Positions 1 to 12,989 of a stretch of DNA of 64,000 bases are shown in pieces (position 1 is the stretch's first letter; every line of letters starts with the position of its first letter). The DNA is from Lytechinus pictus. Taxonomy: Eukaryota. Location of the stretch: positions 7,318,001 to 7,382,000 of the forward strand of contig NC_087249.1 of assembly GCF_037042905.1 (NCBI RefSeq), written 5' to 3'. Under the pieces are notes generated by a model. That model was not told the origin of the DNA. It did no database searches and was given only the letters and a program-made list of their open reading frames with translations. Both the position numbers and the translations under genes were made by a program.

Positions 1-197
1 AACTATAATCGCCATGTTGTTTGTATTATCTACTTACAAGTTTTACTTTTGAACTGATATTGTATCCACAAAATTATCACTTATCGGAGATTTAATGAAG
101 TCGGCTTTATTTGTGACTTGCAAAGATAAAGACAACTCATTTGTGTGTAGTGAGGATTATTGTGTTGTGTTGCGGTGGATTGATTTTCAACACGGAA

Positions 198-203
198 GTA
201 AGT
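198..203 (+). promoter_or_regulatory. Candidate splice donor of a 5'UTR exon of the TRIM-like gene
   Basis: Consensus gtaagt (cacggaa|gtaagt) ~1.1 kb upstream of the acceptor at 1321; no transcript evidence. Confidence 0.35.
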
Positions 204-619
204 CTTGATAATGATAATTTTGTATAAGTAGTCTACCATTAATTATTGTGATTGTGTAGGACTGTTATTTTGACATTTGGTTTCCTTTTATAGTTTAGTT
301 ATTTATAGTTCCAGTTTTGGTATTTTGTTCAGCTTTGTTTACATTCTTGATGCTTCTGTTGTCATCCATTTCCATTTGACCCTAAAACCTGCTTCTTCCG
401 TCATTCCTTTCCTATTCAGATGTGTTCATTCATTACATTCTCACATCTGATTATTTTGTTCAACATTCTTATTATGTAATTATCCCAACATCTTATTCAT
501 CTTCATCCACTATCTCTTATTGGTTATTTTCATAAATTAGACTCTTCCACTTTTAGTTGGTTCCTCCATTCTCTAAATTGATTGGTTAATATTTACTTAA
601 TTTGAATATATGTAAATTG

Positions 620-1060
620 TAGATATGATTTGAATTCTGATGTGGCAAAGCAGCACATCCATTAACCCCCACAATTGCATGGCCGGGGATTCACAACTAA
701 AAGAAATATACAGAACATTCTCCTTTTACCAAAAAAAACAGCAATCCATTGAATAACTCATCCTCATTACTTATCTAAAAGTGCACCTCTTTTCCAAAGA
801 AATTACCGATTCAGAATATCATTTCATTACAGACCTGTTTATTTATGTACCAGTGCCACAGTCAGAAGTTACCAAAGTCTCTCCAATTTTGTACCATTCA
901 TATCAAACTAGAAATTTTGACAACTACCCCCAACCAAATTATTCAAATTGTACTTCAATTCAACTTAATGAACTTACCAACACATCTTTTTCTTCCTTTA
1001 TTTTCTGAAGTGCATAGAGACATTTTTATTATGTGTTTTGCGCTACATAAAAACTGACTA
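620..1060 (+). mobile_element. Degenerate 3' fragment of an L2/CR1-group LINE
   Basis: Frameshifted remnants resembling ILLLQKKAIR and MY..LP..H.Y.TR, the same region seen in the LINEs at 9029-9493 and 35663-36952. Confidence 0.5.
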
Positions 1061-1335
1061 TTATTATCATCATTATTATATATTAACATTATCATTATTA
1101 TTATCATCATTTTATTATCATTATTATTTTATCATTATTATTGTTATTATTATTATTACATTTGAAAAATCTTGATGGAGGGGTGTGCATTCTTTGGTAA
1201 TGACCCTTTCAAAGTTGCACCAACGCAAACAAACTACGAACTTACGAAGTATTTTTTTTCTTTGATTTTGATCTTTATTCTCTCTACTCATAGCCTCCTT
1301 AATCCTTATCTTCTTTTACAGGAAAATAAATCGAC

Positions 1336-3156
1336 ATGGCATCTAAATTTGGCTCAATACAGGGCGCCTTTTGTGAAGAAGCCGACTGTGAAACGATTGC
1401 TGATGTGACTTTTTATGTGAAGGAAGACAAGAAGAAACAACTCTGCCATTCGTGCGCCTTGAAAAAAGAGTGCCTCGGAATACCCAGAAAAGGCGGGCTT
1501 CGTCTGTATTGCGAGAAACATGATAAAATTATGGAGCTATATTGCAAGACTCATGGTAAAGCTTTGTGTGTTCCGTGCGCTGTGATTGACCATCATGAAA
1601 AACCTTGCATACGTCAGGATATAGAGGACGCCCTCCTGGAAATCAGAGCAAATCTCAGCATCCTCCAGAAAACGGCGACCAACAAATTAGAGCTATCTGG
1701 AGTCAATGGGGGTGAGATTCTTCAAAGTAGACAAGTCGCTGACGAACATTTGCAAACTATTCAGAGTGTGGTCGATTACGAAATCGAAGGGGCTATTGAA
1801 AGTGACAGAACAAAGGAAAAGGTAGACGCTGATAAAATCGACCAGGAGATCGACGCGAGAAACCAACAGTTACGCGAGGAGATTCAAGATATCGAGAATA
1901 AAATTCAAAATAACAATGAGGAGAGAGAAAAGCGACATGAAGAAAATTGTTTAATTGCAGAGAAAAGACGACAACCGATTTATGACAAACAACGCGTTCT
2001 TCATGCTGACATTCAGAACATCGCTCAGAGGGTCGAGAAAAAGATTGGAGAGCTTGAGAAATCATGGCAAGACGACAAAAAATCAACAGAGAAAGCAAAA
2101 CAGACACTGGACAGAGTTCTTGAAGACGATAAAAATGTTGTCATAGATGGACATCGTGTGCATGCATCAGTGAGTGAGGAACTAAAGAAGTTACTGAATG
2201 AGGGTGAGGTGAAACAAATGAATCGTGTTGTATCAGGTGTGAGGTTTGTGAAGGGTACCGGGAGAGGGCGGTATGATGGAAGAATTGATGGATATGATGG
2301 TGAATGGAAGCTTATGGATACCCGAAACATCACAGATGACATCACATTCCCGCGCATTGTAGGATGTATAGATGAATATAAGGTAATGATTAATGGAATG
2401 GCTAGTGAAGTGCACACCTACATGTTAGATTTGTACAGTAAAAACATTCAGAGAGTCATAAGCGGCAGTGATACATCCTGGGTTATCTCATGTGCAGCGC
2501 TGGATGATGGCAAGGTAGTATGTGGTAGATACATCGATGGCTGTGCAGGAGACAATTTGCATGGGTGCATCAGTGTATACGACAGACAGTGGAATCACAT
2601 CAATGACGTCACAATACCAAGAAACACGACCCGGAATGATACATGGGTGGATATTGCAGCTGATCGGGATCATGGGATGGTCATCGCTGTTGAGAGGGGT
2701 CAGTCTAAGATATACGTGATCAACCCAGATGATGGTGATATTACCAACACTATCACGTGTAAAGAAAAGATAATAATGAACGATGTGCTACCATCAGGTC
2801 AAATCATCGCCCAACCTTGGCTAAGAGATCGCAGAGCGCTCATCATCGACAGAGATGGTGGTCAAAGGGAAATCTACCACAGTGATGTCATCTTGAATGT
2901 GTGCGTTGATCGTATGACAGACGCCCTCTACGTCGTGACTTCGGATGACGAGAGAAACAGGTCGTGCGTGGTTGATCAGGTAATGAGTAATGGTGAAATG
3001 AAGAAGAGAAGAGTAACACTATTCCCTATATCAGCTAGAACACTGAATAGATTCAACCACCTTCTCGCATCTCGGGTGACAATGACGTCATCAGGGAATA
3101 TGATATCATGTGATGGAGATAATATTCTCATATTCAACAAGCTATTTACCCTCTAA
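1336..3156 (+). CDS. RING-less TRIM-like protein (degenerate B-box1, B-box2, coiled coil, C-terminal NHL-like beta-propeller), single coding exon, 606 aa
   Basis: B-box2 motif CEKH...YCKTH..LCVPCAVIDH; E/K/Q-rich coiled coil over ~aa 95-295; beta-strand repeats after that. Splice acceptor ttcttttacag ends at 1321, and an in-frame TAA at 1327-1329 lies just before the ATG, so no upstream coding exon can be added through this acceptor. Confidence 0.85.
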   Translation: MASKFGSIQGAFCEEADCETIADVTFYVKEDKKKQLCHSCALKKECLGIPRKGGLRLYCEKHDKIMELYCKTHGKALCVPCAVIDHHEKPCIRQDIEDALLEIRANLSILQKTATNKLELSGVNGGEILQSRQVADEHLQTIQSVVDYEIEGAIESDRTKEKVDADKIDQEIDARNQQLREEIQDIENKIQNNNEEREKRHEENCLIAEKRRQPIYDKQRVLHADIQNIAQRVEKKIGELEKSWQDDKKSTEKAKQTLDRVLEDDKNVVIDGHRVHASVSEELKKLLNEGEVKQMNRVVSGVRFVKGTGRGRYDGRIDGYDGEWKLMDTRNITDDITFPRIVGCIDEYKVMINGMASEVHTYMLDLYSKNIQRVISGSDTSWVISCAALDDGKVVCGRYIDGCAGDNLHGCISVYDRQWNHINDVTIPRNTTRNDTWVDIAADRDHGMVIAVERGQSKIYVINPDDGDITNTITCKEKIIMNDVLPSGQIIAQPWLRDRRALIIDRDGGQREIYHSDVILNVCVDRMTDALYVVTSDDERNRSCVVDQVMSNGEMKKRRVTLFPISARTLNRFNHLLASRVTMTSSGNMISCDGDNILIFNKLFTL

Positions 3157-3180
3157 ATCCATGACAGATGAATTTTGATA

Positions 3181-3226
3181 CACTGCAAAAACGCCGGTGT
3201 TAATTAACACCGGCGTTTTTGCAGTG
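3181..3226. mobile_element. Minimal 46-bp palindromic MITE with CACTG termini (CACTA/CMC-like)
   Basis: ta|cactgcaaaaacgccggtgttaattaacaccggcgtttttgcagtg|ta is a perfect palindrome flanked by TA. Confidence 0.6.
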
Positions 3227-3654
3227 TACTGAACAATTGGGAAGCGTATCCCCGTCTACGTCTTATCTTTGTATATTTTGTGTTTATGCTTTCGAAAGAT
3301 ATCGTGGTTTGTGTTTTTACATTTTTATACAATTTTTTTTAATAACAAACTGCAAAGCTACCTTTTTATTATAGTAACAAAAAATATATTACCGGGTGAG
3401 CACTACCACATTATTATTCATTTCATTCCATTGTGTGATTAATTTCATTCCTCATCAATCAGTTTAGATCTGACATTCAAGCCATCTCATCACCTCGCAT
3501 TCACCATTAGCCCATTGTCTGCTGATTTATTGGAAATGCTTGTTTTCCAGCGATCCGTCGAATTAATCAAATGTTTAATCAATTAATCATGTTTTTATGC
3601 AACTTTTTCTCCGTCGACCTTGCGTCAATCATATTTTTCGCATAAGGTATCACA

Positions 3655-3833
3655 CACTCTAAAAAAAACGAAGAGCTAATTTAGCTCTTAAAGAGCGTTA
3701 TATAGTGACTGCACTTCGGAGTGCTGATTTTTCTCGTCCAAATTTGAACTAGACAAATCAGCACTCCGAAGTGCAGTCAATATACACGCTCTTTTAAGAG
3801 CTACATGTAAATTAGTTTTTCGTTTTTTAAAGT
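3655..3833. mobile_element. Hairpin MITE with CACTCT-type terminus
   Basis: cactctaaaaaaaacgaa ... ttcgttttttaaagt ends; internal inverted pair gactgcacttcggagtgctgattt / aaatcagcactccgaagtgcagtc. Confidence 0.6.
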
Positions 3834-4309
3834 ATAATATGAAAGAAGAAAAAATGAACATTTTACTAATATGAACCTTTTTTTAATTTTTAGAATAGAT
3901 AGCAATTAAAGTCAGGAAAATTCACTTTCCATTGTTCTAACTCAGTCATCATGCGTGTATTATGAACGTTGGGGTTGGCTTCATGAGGGGAAGCATATCT
4001 TGTCATTGATGTACATCTCATGATGCAAATTCATGATTATAATGGCAAAGCATTACATAGAATTACGGTTTCTTCTTTTTTCTGGGACGCACTATCTAAA
4101 TCGTTCTTGTTTGAAATTGTCAGTAATATAACATAAGATATAAAAAAAAAAATATGTATATAGCACTTTATATCACCACGATTATATGATTGTAAATAGA
4201 GTAAATAACGTATGGAATTAGGAAGTGATTATAATGTAAACTTTATGGTATCGCGTTGTGAAGAAAATACTTTTAGTTGTGGCTGATCATTGTAGCCGTT
4301 TAATGATGA

Positions 4310-4570
4310 TAATAATATGGTCGTTTTATCATGTTCATATCGAGCAGTCACTACATGCATACTCTACTGCGCTAGGCCCGGATACTAGGTAATCATTACC
4401 CTGGCTTGAGGCGGGAGCTGAGCCGCCATATAGGCGTTTAAGCATTCAACAAATTAATCCTATACCAGTTACCCATTCACCTCACCTGAGTTGGGTGCAG
4501 CACAATGTGGGTATTTTTTTGCAGAAGGAAAACACGCCATGGCTGGGATTTGAACCCACGTCCCTCACAT
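4310..4570 (-). mobile_element. tRNA-derived SINE (partial)
   Basis: B-box-like ggctgggatttgaacccac and core cccattcacctcacctgagt, shared with 5100-5410 and 32610-32870. Confidence 0.65.
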
Positions 4571-4829
4571 GGGCCGCGGAACGGTTTTCAAAGTGGGGGG
4601 GGGGGCTGACCATGCAAAAAAATCACAATCCTATGGTCATTTTTTACATTTTTGTACACGGTTTTGAAAAAAGTGGGGGGCTGAAGCCCCCCAAGCCCCC
4701 CCCCCGCTTCACAACATGTTTGAATACAAAAGCTGCCAAAGCTGTAATTGTACATATATACTTTTTCACAAATTTTGTATAATTTGACCCATACATGTAC
4801 TGTACCTTTATAGCAATAGCTTTAATCCA

Positions 4830-5055
4830 CACTCTTAAAACAAATTAGTCAAATTGACTAGAAAAGTAGTCAGCTGGGTGCAACTGATATGCATATCATA
4901 ATTATGCTAGTCACATTTCTGACATTATATTCTAGTTAGAAATAACTGTGTTCTAGTAAAATACGACTAGAAAATAGTCAAACATGACTAGGATAACAGT
5001 TGCACCCAGCTGACCCTATTAACTAGTCATTTTTGACTGATTTGTTTTTAGAGTG
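4830..5055. mobile_element. CACTCT-ended hairpin MITE
   Basis: TIR cactcttaaaacaaattagtcaaa / tttgactgatttgtttttagagtg; internal inverted cagctgggtgcaactg / cagttgcacccagctg. Confidence 0.65.
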
Positions 5056-5099
5056 CAGATCGGTTTCCAAAAGGGGTACCAGAGGAGAGAATGTCACAC

Positions 5100-5407
5100 A
5101 TAATAATAATAATAATAATAACGGCATATTTACCCAGGGTAGACACTTCAGTTCCGAAAACTGTTCTCCCAGCGGGCCCAGCTATTATTATTACCCCGGC
5201 TTTAGCACGGCTACCTTGATCGGGCGCTCGAGCATTCGAGGAATTTTTTCCTACCGGGTACCCATTCACCTCACCTGGGTCGAGTGCGGCACAATGTGCA
5301 TGAATAAATATCTTGTTGAAGGAAATTACGCCTTGGCTGGGATTCAAACCCACGACCCTCTGTTTCAAAGTCCGGAGACTAATCCACTGGGCCATAACGC
5401 TCCACTA
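5100..5407 (-). mobile_element. tRNA-derived SINE, near full length, (ATT)n tail
   Basis: Minus strand reads A-box tggcccagtgg, B-box gtttgaatccc, core cccaggtgaggtgaatgggtacc, then an (att)n tail. Confidence 0.75.
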
Positions 5408-7449
5408 TGGCTATTCTTGTGCAGTTTGACACAGCCCCCCCCCCCACTCCTTCACCTTCTTCCGATCCGCGTCTGGATAAGGACAATGGATAAGAGAATT
5501 GGAGTCAGAACGTTTTCTAACTGGACCGTGTCGATATACGTGTATATTTGCATAAAAATGAAATATAATTCACTGCTAAACTGGTTTGTTGGTTTGATGT
5601 ATATGCCTACCATTATTTAGTTTCAGTGCAAACAATCTAGCTGATTCATTTATTCATGTTGTTATTATTGTTACTTTTCTCTTCAAGCTTCCTACGGTAT
5701 CACTATTTCTTTAATTGTCACATTATTAAGTTATACTATGTCATTGGTGTTCCTCTTTATATATTTATCATCAAATTTTGGTTATTTTGAATTATTATAC
5801 GATTAGAACGTCAAATAGTATTATGAACGATTTAACTACGATATTTCTGTTTATTTCCGAGTCTTAAAATTGAAAAATATTTGCCCTTTGCAACCTTTAT
5901 TTTATTTAGGGATGGGGTGGGGGTCCTGCACTGCAGATTCTCACTCCTCCCACCCGTGATTATCATCATCCTTTTGGTATTCTGTTTTATTTAATTATAT
6001 TTAATTTGATTTGAGCCTAGTATAATTTACATTTTTTTAAATCGTGTTAAAGAAACTTTCAACAAAAAAAAGAAAACATATAATTTAATTTCCTATGCTA
6101 TTAGAGGTCAATTATTGTTTTGAATATGTATCGAATATGTTTTAGGGTTCAACGTTCAACATGAAAATTGTTAACCATAATTTTTCAAGAATGTGACCTT
6201 AGTATCTTTAATGTTTCTTAACTATTATCTGTAAGGGGCCCACTATATTTCTATCTATATATCTTTCTCTCTATATTTCGTATTTATTTATATATTATAT
6301 ATTGGATTTGTAACTTTGTGTTTCACTGTAATTGTCCACTTCAGTGTTTGTTTTGTAAAATTGAAAATGATCCAATATGTGTGGATTTTGATCAATAAAT
6401 TTTGAAACTTTGTATACTCTCATCTGACGTGATCAATGTTTCTTGGGGGTAATCAGGGAGAAAGGGAGGGGTGGTATAGATAGGGAGATAGTCAGAGGGG
6501 AGGGGTAGGGAGATGGAAAGTGAGGGTTGGAGCTGGAAAATGTCAAGATAAACACAGAGAGGTATATAAGGAAGGGTGCATGCCGAAAGGGGTGGCATAG
6601 AATGAGGGGGGGGGGGGGGGGGTAATGGGAACAGAAAGGGAGGGGAAGTGGCATAGGTAGTAAGATATATAAATGTGTCCTGTTCAGAATGACAAAATGT
6701 GGTTGTACACTTTTCATGTATTATATTATCTTGCGCTTTGCGCTCGCATTGTTTTTTTAGAGGGATGCATTATGATGTTCATAAATTTCTGCAAGAGTGG
6801 TTTTAAAAAATGTTCTCTTTTGATTCTTTAGCGAGATGTCCCAGATATGATGTTTGATGCTAGCGATTACAAAATGTGCTGAAAATGTCCCATTTTCAGG
6901 TCAATTTATCTACAAATTTCAGCTCGCGCTTTGCAGTCGAATTGCCGGTATTGGTTTATAAATGAGACATGTTCTGGAGATATATATGTTCACGATTACA
7001 ATTGTGCTTTAAACTGCTCAAGTTTCAGGTCAATATATCAAAATTCAAATCTTTGCTTTCAGTAAACCCTCACACACACTCAATTCACTTTCTCAAACAC
7101 CCACACATTAGCATCCCCTTATCCGCCACTATACCCCCCCCCCCCAGTCTAGTCTGCTGTGCAAACCCTTCACTCGAGTTAAATGGTCTGAATCCAAAGA
7201 CTACAATGACTTGCGTCCTAAATGCCCTCTCGCTCAGAATTGAAACAATAAGTTTTATTATGCGCTAGTCTTTGCGTGAAGACCCACTTGTTGATCATAC
7301 TTTCAATCAGGGTCTGTGCCTGCAGACTTTAACCCGTGCCCGATAAAAATGAAAAAAATATACAAATCGTCATTTCTATCCTCGGTATGTTTTGTGTTTT
7401 AGAATGTATTTCAAGGTTCATTTTTTATCAGTATCTTGATGAGACTTAC

Positions 7450-7573
7450 CTACATCACTGTCAATATCACAAGGAAAGAAGGTACCGTTACTGTAGAGAG
7501 GGCTTGGGAAGGAAGGGTCGCTACAGCCGCACTCGTCTATCACAGCATACTGGTAACAACTTTGCTCACAGGT
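7450..7573 (-). CDS. DEG/ENaC paralog 1, coding exon 8 (Cys-rich thumb: TCEQSCYQYAVIDECGCSDPSFP...)
   Basis: AG acceptor and gtaagt donor; phase 0 start matches exon 7; CxxxCxQ...CGC motif. Confidence 0.9.
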
Positions 7574-8081
7574 CTTTTTAAAATGATAAAAAACAAGAAC
7601 AAACAAAATCATTACAGAAATTAAGAAATGAAGTATAACTCTCGTAGGATCTCGGCAAAGCAGCTTTCCGCCGCACTAACGCCAAGATGGCATGAATTAT
7701 AACCAATTACATAAGAAACATTTATATTTAAGTTAATCAGTCATACCGCCCTTTCACATAGTTAAAAAAAATCATAATTTGAATGATGATTCCAGTGAAA
7801 AATAAGGCTAAGGACGATTTTTTTTTAGCACGTGTGAAATCAAACTAGAATCACGAACGTTAATCACAATCACGAATTCAAATTCTACTCCGTGAGAAGA
7901 ACTCCAGTTAAGTTTCACCCAAATCACAGTTTTCGAGTGAGCGTGTGAAAGGTCCGATGATTCTAAAGACGAATTGCAGTCATCATTACAATGATGATTC
8001 AAGATTCACGTGTGAAAAGGACCGTAGTCGACATAAATTATTCTTGAGCGTTGGGCTTTGGCCTTATTGTTTAAATATGAT

Positions 8082-8156
8082 GGCCGAGCGGGGATTCGAA
8101 CTCACAACCTCACAATCGTGAGTCCAATGCTCTAACCACTAGACCACACGGCCCCC
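8082..8156 (-). mobile_element. tRNA-like SINE head
   Basis: Minus strand tggtctagtgg ... gttcgaatccc Pol III A/B boxes. Confidence 0.5.
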
Positions 8157-8603
8157 CAAATCAATCTTACAATTTTATTCTTAAGAAATAAGATGACGGA
8201 CATATGAAATACAAATCGCAATATTTATGCTTTGCCCTTGCATCTTCCTTTTGTGCATAAATACCATACGGCCAGTTGTGCATTTCATTAAGTGTGTATT
8301 AAGTCGGCCCACGATAGGAAGATAATATGAAAAATTAAGAAAAAAATATCTGCTGATTAAAAGATGACATAAATGTTATCTATGCGCAAGGATAATGTGG
8401 TAGGGTTTTTTATTCTTTAAATTTGACGTCGTGCTTGGTGGCGCCTGGTACTCAGCGCACTGTTTGAGCAACAATTATTAACGTCATTGAATCAATGCCA
8501 TTTTCAGGCATTATCAAACTGACATGTTAATCGTGGAAAAATACGATTTTAAGCGACAAGCATCAATTATTAGGAACACAATAATTTTGATGATTGTGTA
8601 TAT

Positions 8604-11600
8604 TTCATTCATTTCATTTATTGGTTTTTGCAACATTTTTCATAACAACATTCTGGACAAGAAAATACATATCTGAAATTTGACATCAAGATAATGAACA
8701 ATAGTTTTGTATATAAATCATCAAATATATATCATATATTAATGAAAAATATTAAGTGGTATTTTCTGTTACACAATAAATAGGATGGTTGCAAGGGTCG
8801 TCACAAAAGCAAAGCTTGAAAGCGTAACAGCCCTGGAAAATAGCCAAAATAATTAATATACTGTCATAAAACGTGCAAGTGGGGGGCAAGGGAGGGAGAT
8901 GCTTGGTCCTTAGCATGAAATTTTAGAAAATAACACGTTTTGTTGTTTGATTTTTGATTTATAAATGTTCTAGATAAAAGTCAAGGTCTAATTAAAATAA
9001 TGATAACAATGATAATGATTTTCTTTTTTTAATTTGTTAGGTATTGGTTTAATTGCAATTCTTTTACAGTTCGTTTAAAGGAATAAAGTGATCTTGTCAG
9101 CTTGAGTGAATCTGGCAATGCATTCCAAATATCTGGTCCATGATGTCTTAGTGTTTTATGTGCAAATAGTGTCCTGGGATTGTTTAAGTGAATATTATTG
9201 CATGTTCTTGTTGGATATGAGTGTAAATTGTTATTATATGAAAATAAATCCGTGAATCCTGGAGGAAGCATGTCATAATTATATCTATGCATAAATAGTG
9301 CTATTTGTAAAGTATTAATATCTATTATCTTAAATATTTTCAGACGATAAAAAAGAGGGTCTGTAGGTGAAAGATATGCAGATTTGGAACAAATTCTTAC
9401 CGCTTTCTTTTGCAATAAAAGTATATGATCAAGCCTTGTCTTGCAGCTATTCCCCCAAATGAGGTTACAGTAGTGAATATACGGTAAAATCAATGTATTA
9501 TACAGTGCGTATCAAAATAAAGCACTTTGAAAAAGCACTGGGAATTAAAAAAATATACATTACGTGGGTATTTTTTTTCACATATAATCTTGGGTTTGGG
9601 TCTCATCTATCCAATGAAAGTAAAAGTTTTGACAGAATGTTACACCTGAGTGAGTGCTGTCCATTTTTGTAAAGCTCGCATAAATCTGTTTGCGCAGAAA
9701 TGCTCGTTTTTCACGCTGTGTCAAGGGGAAAGGGCGAAATCAAACTTACCCTGCGAAACATTTCTCATACATTTCCCTTGCATTTTAGTCAATTGAAATA
9801 AAACGAAGACATTCAAGCATTTTGTAATAATTTTGCCACCCAAATTAAAATTTCAACACTTAGTAAGCTCACCCTTTACCCTTTTTGTGCCAGCTGGATC
9901 TGAGGACATAACTAAATCTGAACAAAAGTTTATATTAGACATCTCCAGCATTTTTTCACTAAGTTTTTATCATTAAAAGTGGGTTTCCATTTCATTTTTC
10001 ATTTAATACTTGTTTCTCCACACTTTTTTTCAAGCTTGACAATGATTAACAAAATGAAAATCAAGCCTAAGCCATTTCATGTAAATCAGCTCAGTGTGAA
10101 GCAAATATCGTCACGATGGCCTCGGTATGTGTGGGAGTGGGATGGGGCGCAATACACTCTTCGAAGTGTTTTGGGCAAGGAAACAAGTTGAAAAAGGTAA
10201 AAGATACCTTCAAATCAATTTTACTAGCTAAATTCCACGTGTTCTTCATGATTAAGGTCTACTTTCATTCGCAAAACTATTTCAAAGTTCTGCGCAAATC
10301 ATTTTTCACTAACTTTTCAAAAGTAAGTGGTGCTCACTCAAGCGGAAACATTTTTCGACAGTTATATCGTCATTTGCTTAAATGGATCTGTACCAATGTT
10401 AAAATCTGGAAAAATCTTCAGGAAATTACACATGTATAATTTTATAGGATTTTTTCTAAGTGTAAACTTTTTTTGATACGCACTGTATATCATAACAAGA
10501 GATTTTTCTGGTAAGATTTTTTTTAATTTACATAATATTTTAATTCCTTTTGCTACAGAGGAAGACACGTTGCTTATGTGCCGAGTCCATGATAAATGCT
10601 TGTCTATTGTGATACCAAGGAATTTTACGTATGCTAAAGGCACATTATCAATTGTTATATCTTGTGTAAAATTTTCATTTCTATGAGATGATGGAAAATG
10701 CATAATATGAGTTTTACTTATGTGAAGAGATAACTTATTACATTTAAACCATGATGAAACTTTATTCAATTCTAAATTAATTATATTTATCAATTCTGGT
10801 AAGTTCTTGTGAGATATCAAAATATTAGTATCATCGGCGAATAAGATGAAAAAAAGAATGGGAGATGAATTTACTATGTCATTAATGTATACTGAAAATA
10901 ACAAAGGTCCCAGAATAGAACCATGCGGGACGCCGCAATTGATAAACGATACAGGAGATTTAACATCATCGATAGAAACGTATTGCCTATTGGAAAGATA
11001 ACTCTTAATCCATGACCAAGCAATGCCCCTTATCCCGTAGTTATACAACTTATGAAGTAAAATAGCATGGTCAATGGTATCAAACGCTTTACTTATAGGT
11101 CCATAAATAAAGCAATGGTGTGATATTTTTTTGAAAGTGAATTTACAACTTTGTCCAGCAATTTTTTATTGCGAAATCGGTAGAGAATTTTTTCTGAATC
11201 CAAACTGGGCTGGTGTAATAATCTTATCAAATGACAAAAAGGAATCCAATCTTTTGTATACAAATTTTTTCTAATATTTTGATATGCATGGCAAGAGGGA
11301 AATAGGCCGATAATTTGTAACTTGAGTAGGATCATCTTTTTTTATAAATCGGGATTACTTTGGCTATTTCTAATAGATCAGGCAAGCATCCAGTGGAAAG
11401 TGATAAGTTGAAAATATGTTCCAATGGAGAAACAATACATGTTACAATTTGCTTTAACAATTTTGTATTAATGCCATCATAGCCTGTTGACTTTTTGATG
11501 TTAAAGCTTGTACTATTTTAATTATTTCATGTCGGTCTGTGGGAGTAAAAAAAACATAGTATTTTGATTTGGCTGGGAGAGATACTCTTTAAAATTCGTA

Positions 11601-11768
11601 TTGTCACTAACTATCTTGGAAGCTAAATTGGGACCGATGTTTGTAAAGAAATGGTTGAATGATTGTGCGATTTCAGCCGGTTGAGATATTTCTATATTGT
11701 CTATCTTAAAACTGTCGTTGTTGCTATGTGGTTTGTTTTTGTTAATCAATTTGTTTATAACTTTCCAC
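8604..11768 (-). mobile_element. 5'-truncated, frameshifted L2/CR1-group LINE (RT pseudogene)
   Basis: RT motifs GVPHGSILGPLLF and LFADDTN; (tgaa)-like tail at 8604-8620; candidate 6-bp TSD gtatat at 8598-8603 and 11769-11774. Confidence 0.85.
9503..10485. mobile_element. Tc1/mariner-type MITE inserted in the LINE ORF
   Basis: TA|cagtgcgtatcaaaa ... ttttgatacgcactg|TA; removing it rejoins the LINE frame (..LVMIY/NTLILPY..). Confidence 0.85.
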
Positions 11769-12989
11769 GTATATAGGCCGGACGCGAATTTTTTTCCCTA
11801 CTACTCAACTCGAGAACAATCTACCACAAAGTATAAAACAAGCAGATTCAACAAAGAAATTCAAATCCATGTTAAAAACCTACTTTTTCATTAAATAGCC
11901 TTTTCCGTTCGCATGTGAAACCCCTCACAGTCCACTGTGAACTATACAATTAATTATTATTTTTTGCTGAAATTCCTTCTCTCTTTCTATTTTTCCCAGG
12001 CGCTTATTATAGAGACATGTTTTGTGATAAGCGCTATACACAAATAATGTTAATTATTATTATCATTGTTATTATTATTACGACTTTTCCTTCGCCTTTT
12101 TATCTTTGCGTACCAGAAATACGATGTTCCGGAGTCTTTGAACGAGGTTACAAGACTTTGACTTGTACGCCATATTGTTCTAAGTCTCGACGGTCTCTTT
12201 TTGTTTTATGTAAAAGGAGATTTAATTTCTTATTAAGTTCTTGCCTATTTTGGTATTCGAACCCTCAACCTCGTCATTGTAAGCACAAATTGTCGCCAAA
12301 TGACTTTATAGCTTGATGATATAATGAATATTCATAATGTGTAGGGGAGACTGGGGACAATTGTAACAAAATTTATTAAATTTGAATTATCACCTTTATC
12401 AAAGCTAAATACCTGCTCAAACTTAAATAAAACGAAAGATTCATATCTTGGTCTGAAATATGAATAGGTTTGGATGAAGTTAAACGATTAATTTAGAAGC
12501 TGTAATCATTTGAAAACAAGAGGTCAAGTGTTACAATTGCCCCACAACACGGGGTAATTGTAACACACCTATGGGGCAATTATTGGAACACGTGATATTG
12601 CAACAATCTTATTCATCCCATACTAATTAAAAACAAATTATATTCTACTATCTACAACACCCACACCTGCACCTGCATTGCACCCACTTGATCAGTAAAT
12701 ATCAATCTTAGTCAAAAACCTTTTTTATGAGGCCGCCATCAATTTCAAGCTTTAAACCGCTCACGATGGCGGTCTCCTGCGTTCATTAGTAAATGTTGTT
12801 TTTTTATTATTAAAAAGTGAAGTATATGCTTTTTTTGTTCTTATTATGTATTATGATTAGATTGTATACATTATGGATTATTTTGTATATCGTAAACAAT
12901 GTAAATACTTTTGATAATGTATTATTGTGAACGCGGAAATAAAAATAAAACAAACAAAACAAACAAACATTCCGTTTTCCTTTATCAAA

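Noticed and set aside
8082..8156. tRNA genes here and at ~5330-5407, ~32800-32870, ~33425-33495, ~56810-56880, ~63115-63175
   Set aside because: A/B boxes are present but I could not build convincing cloverleaves, and most continue into SINE bodies; tRNAscan-SE would settle this.
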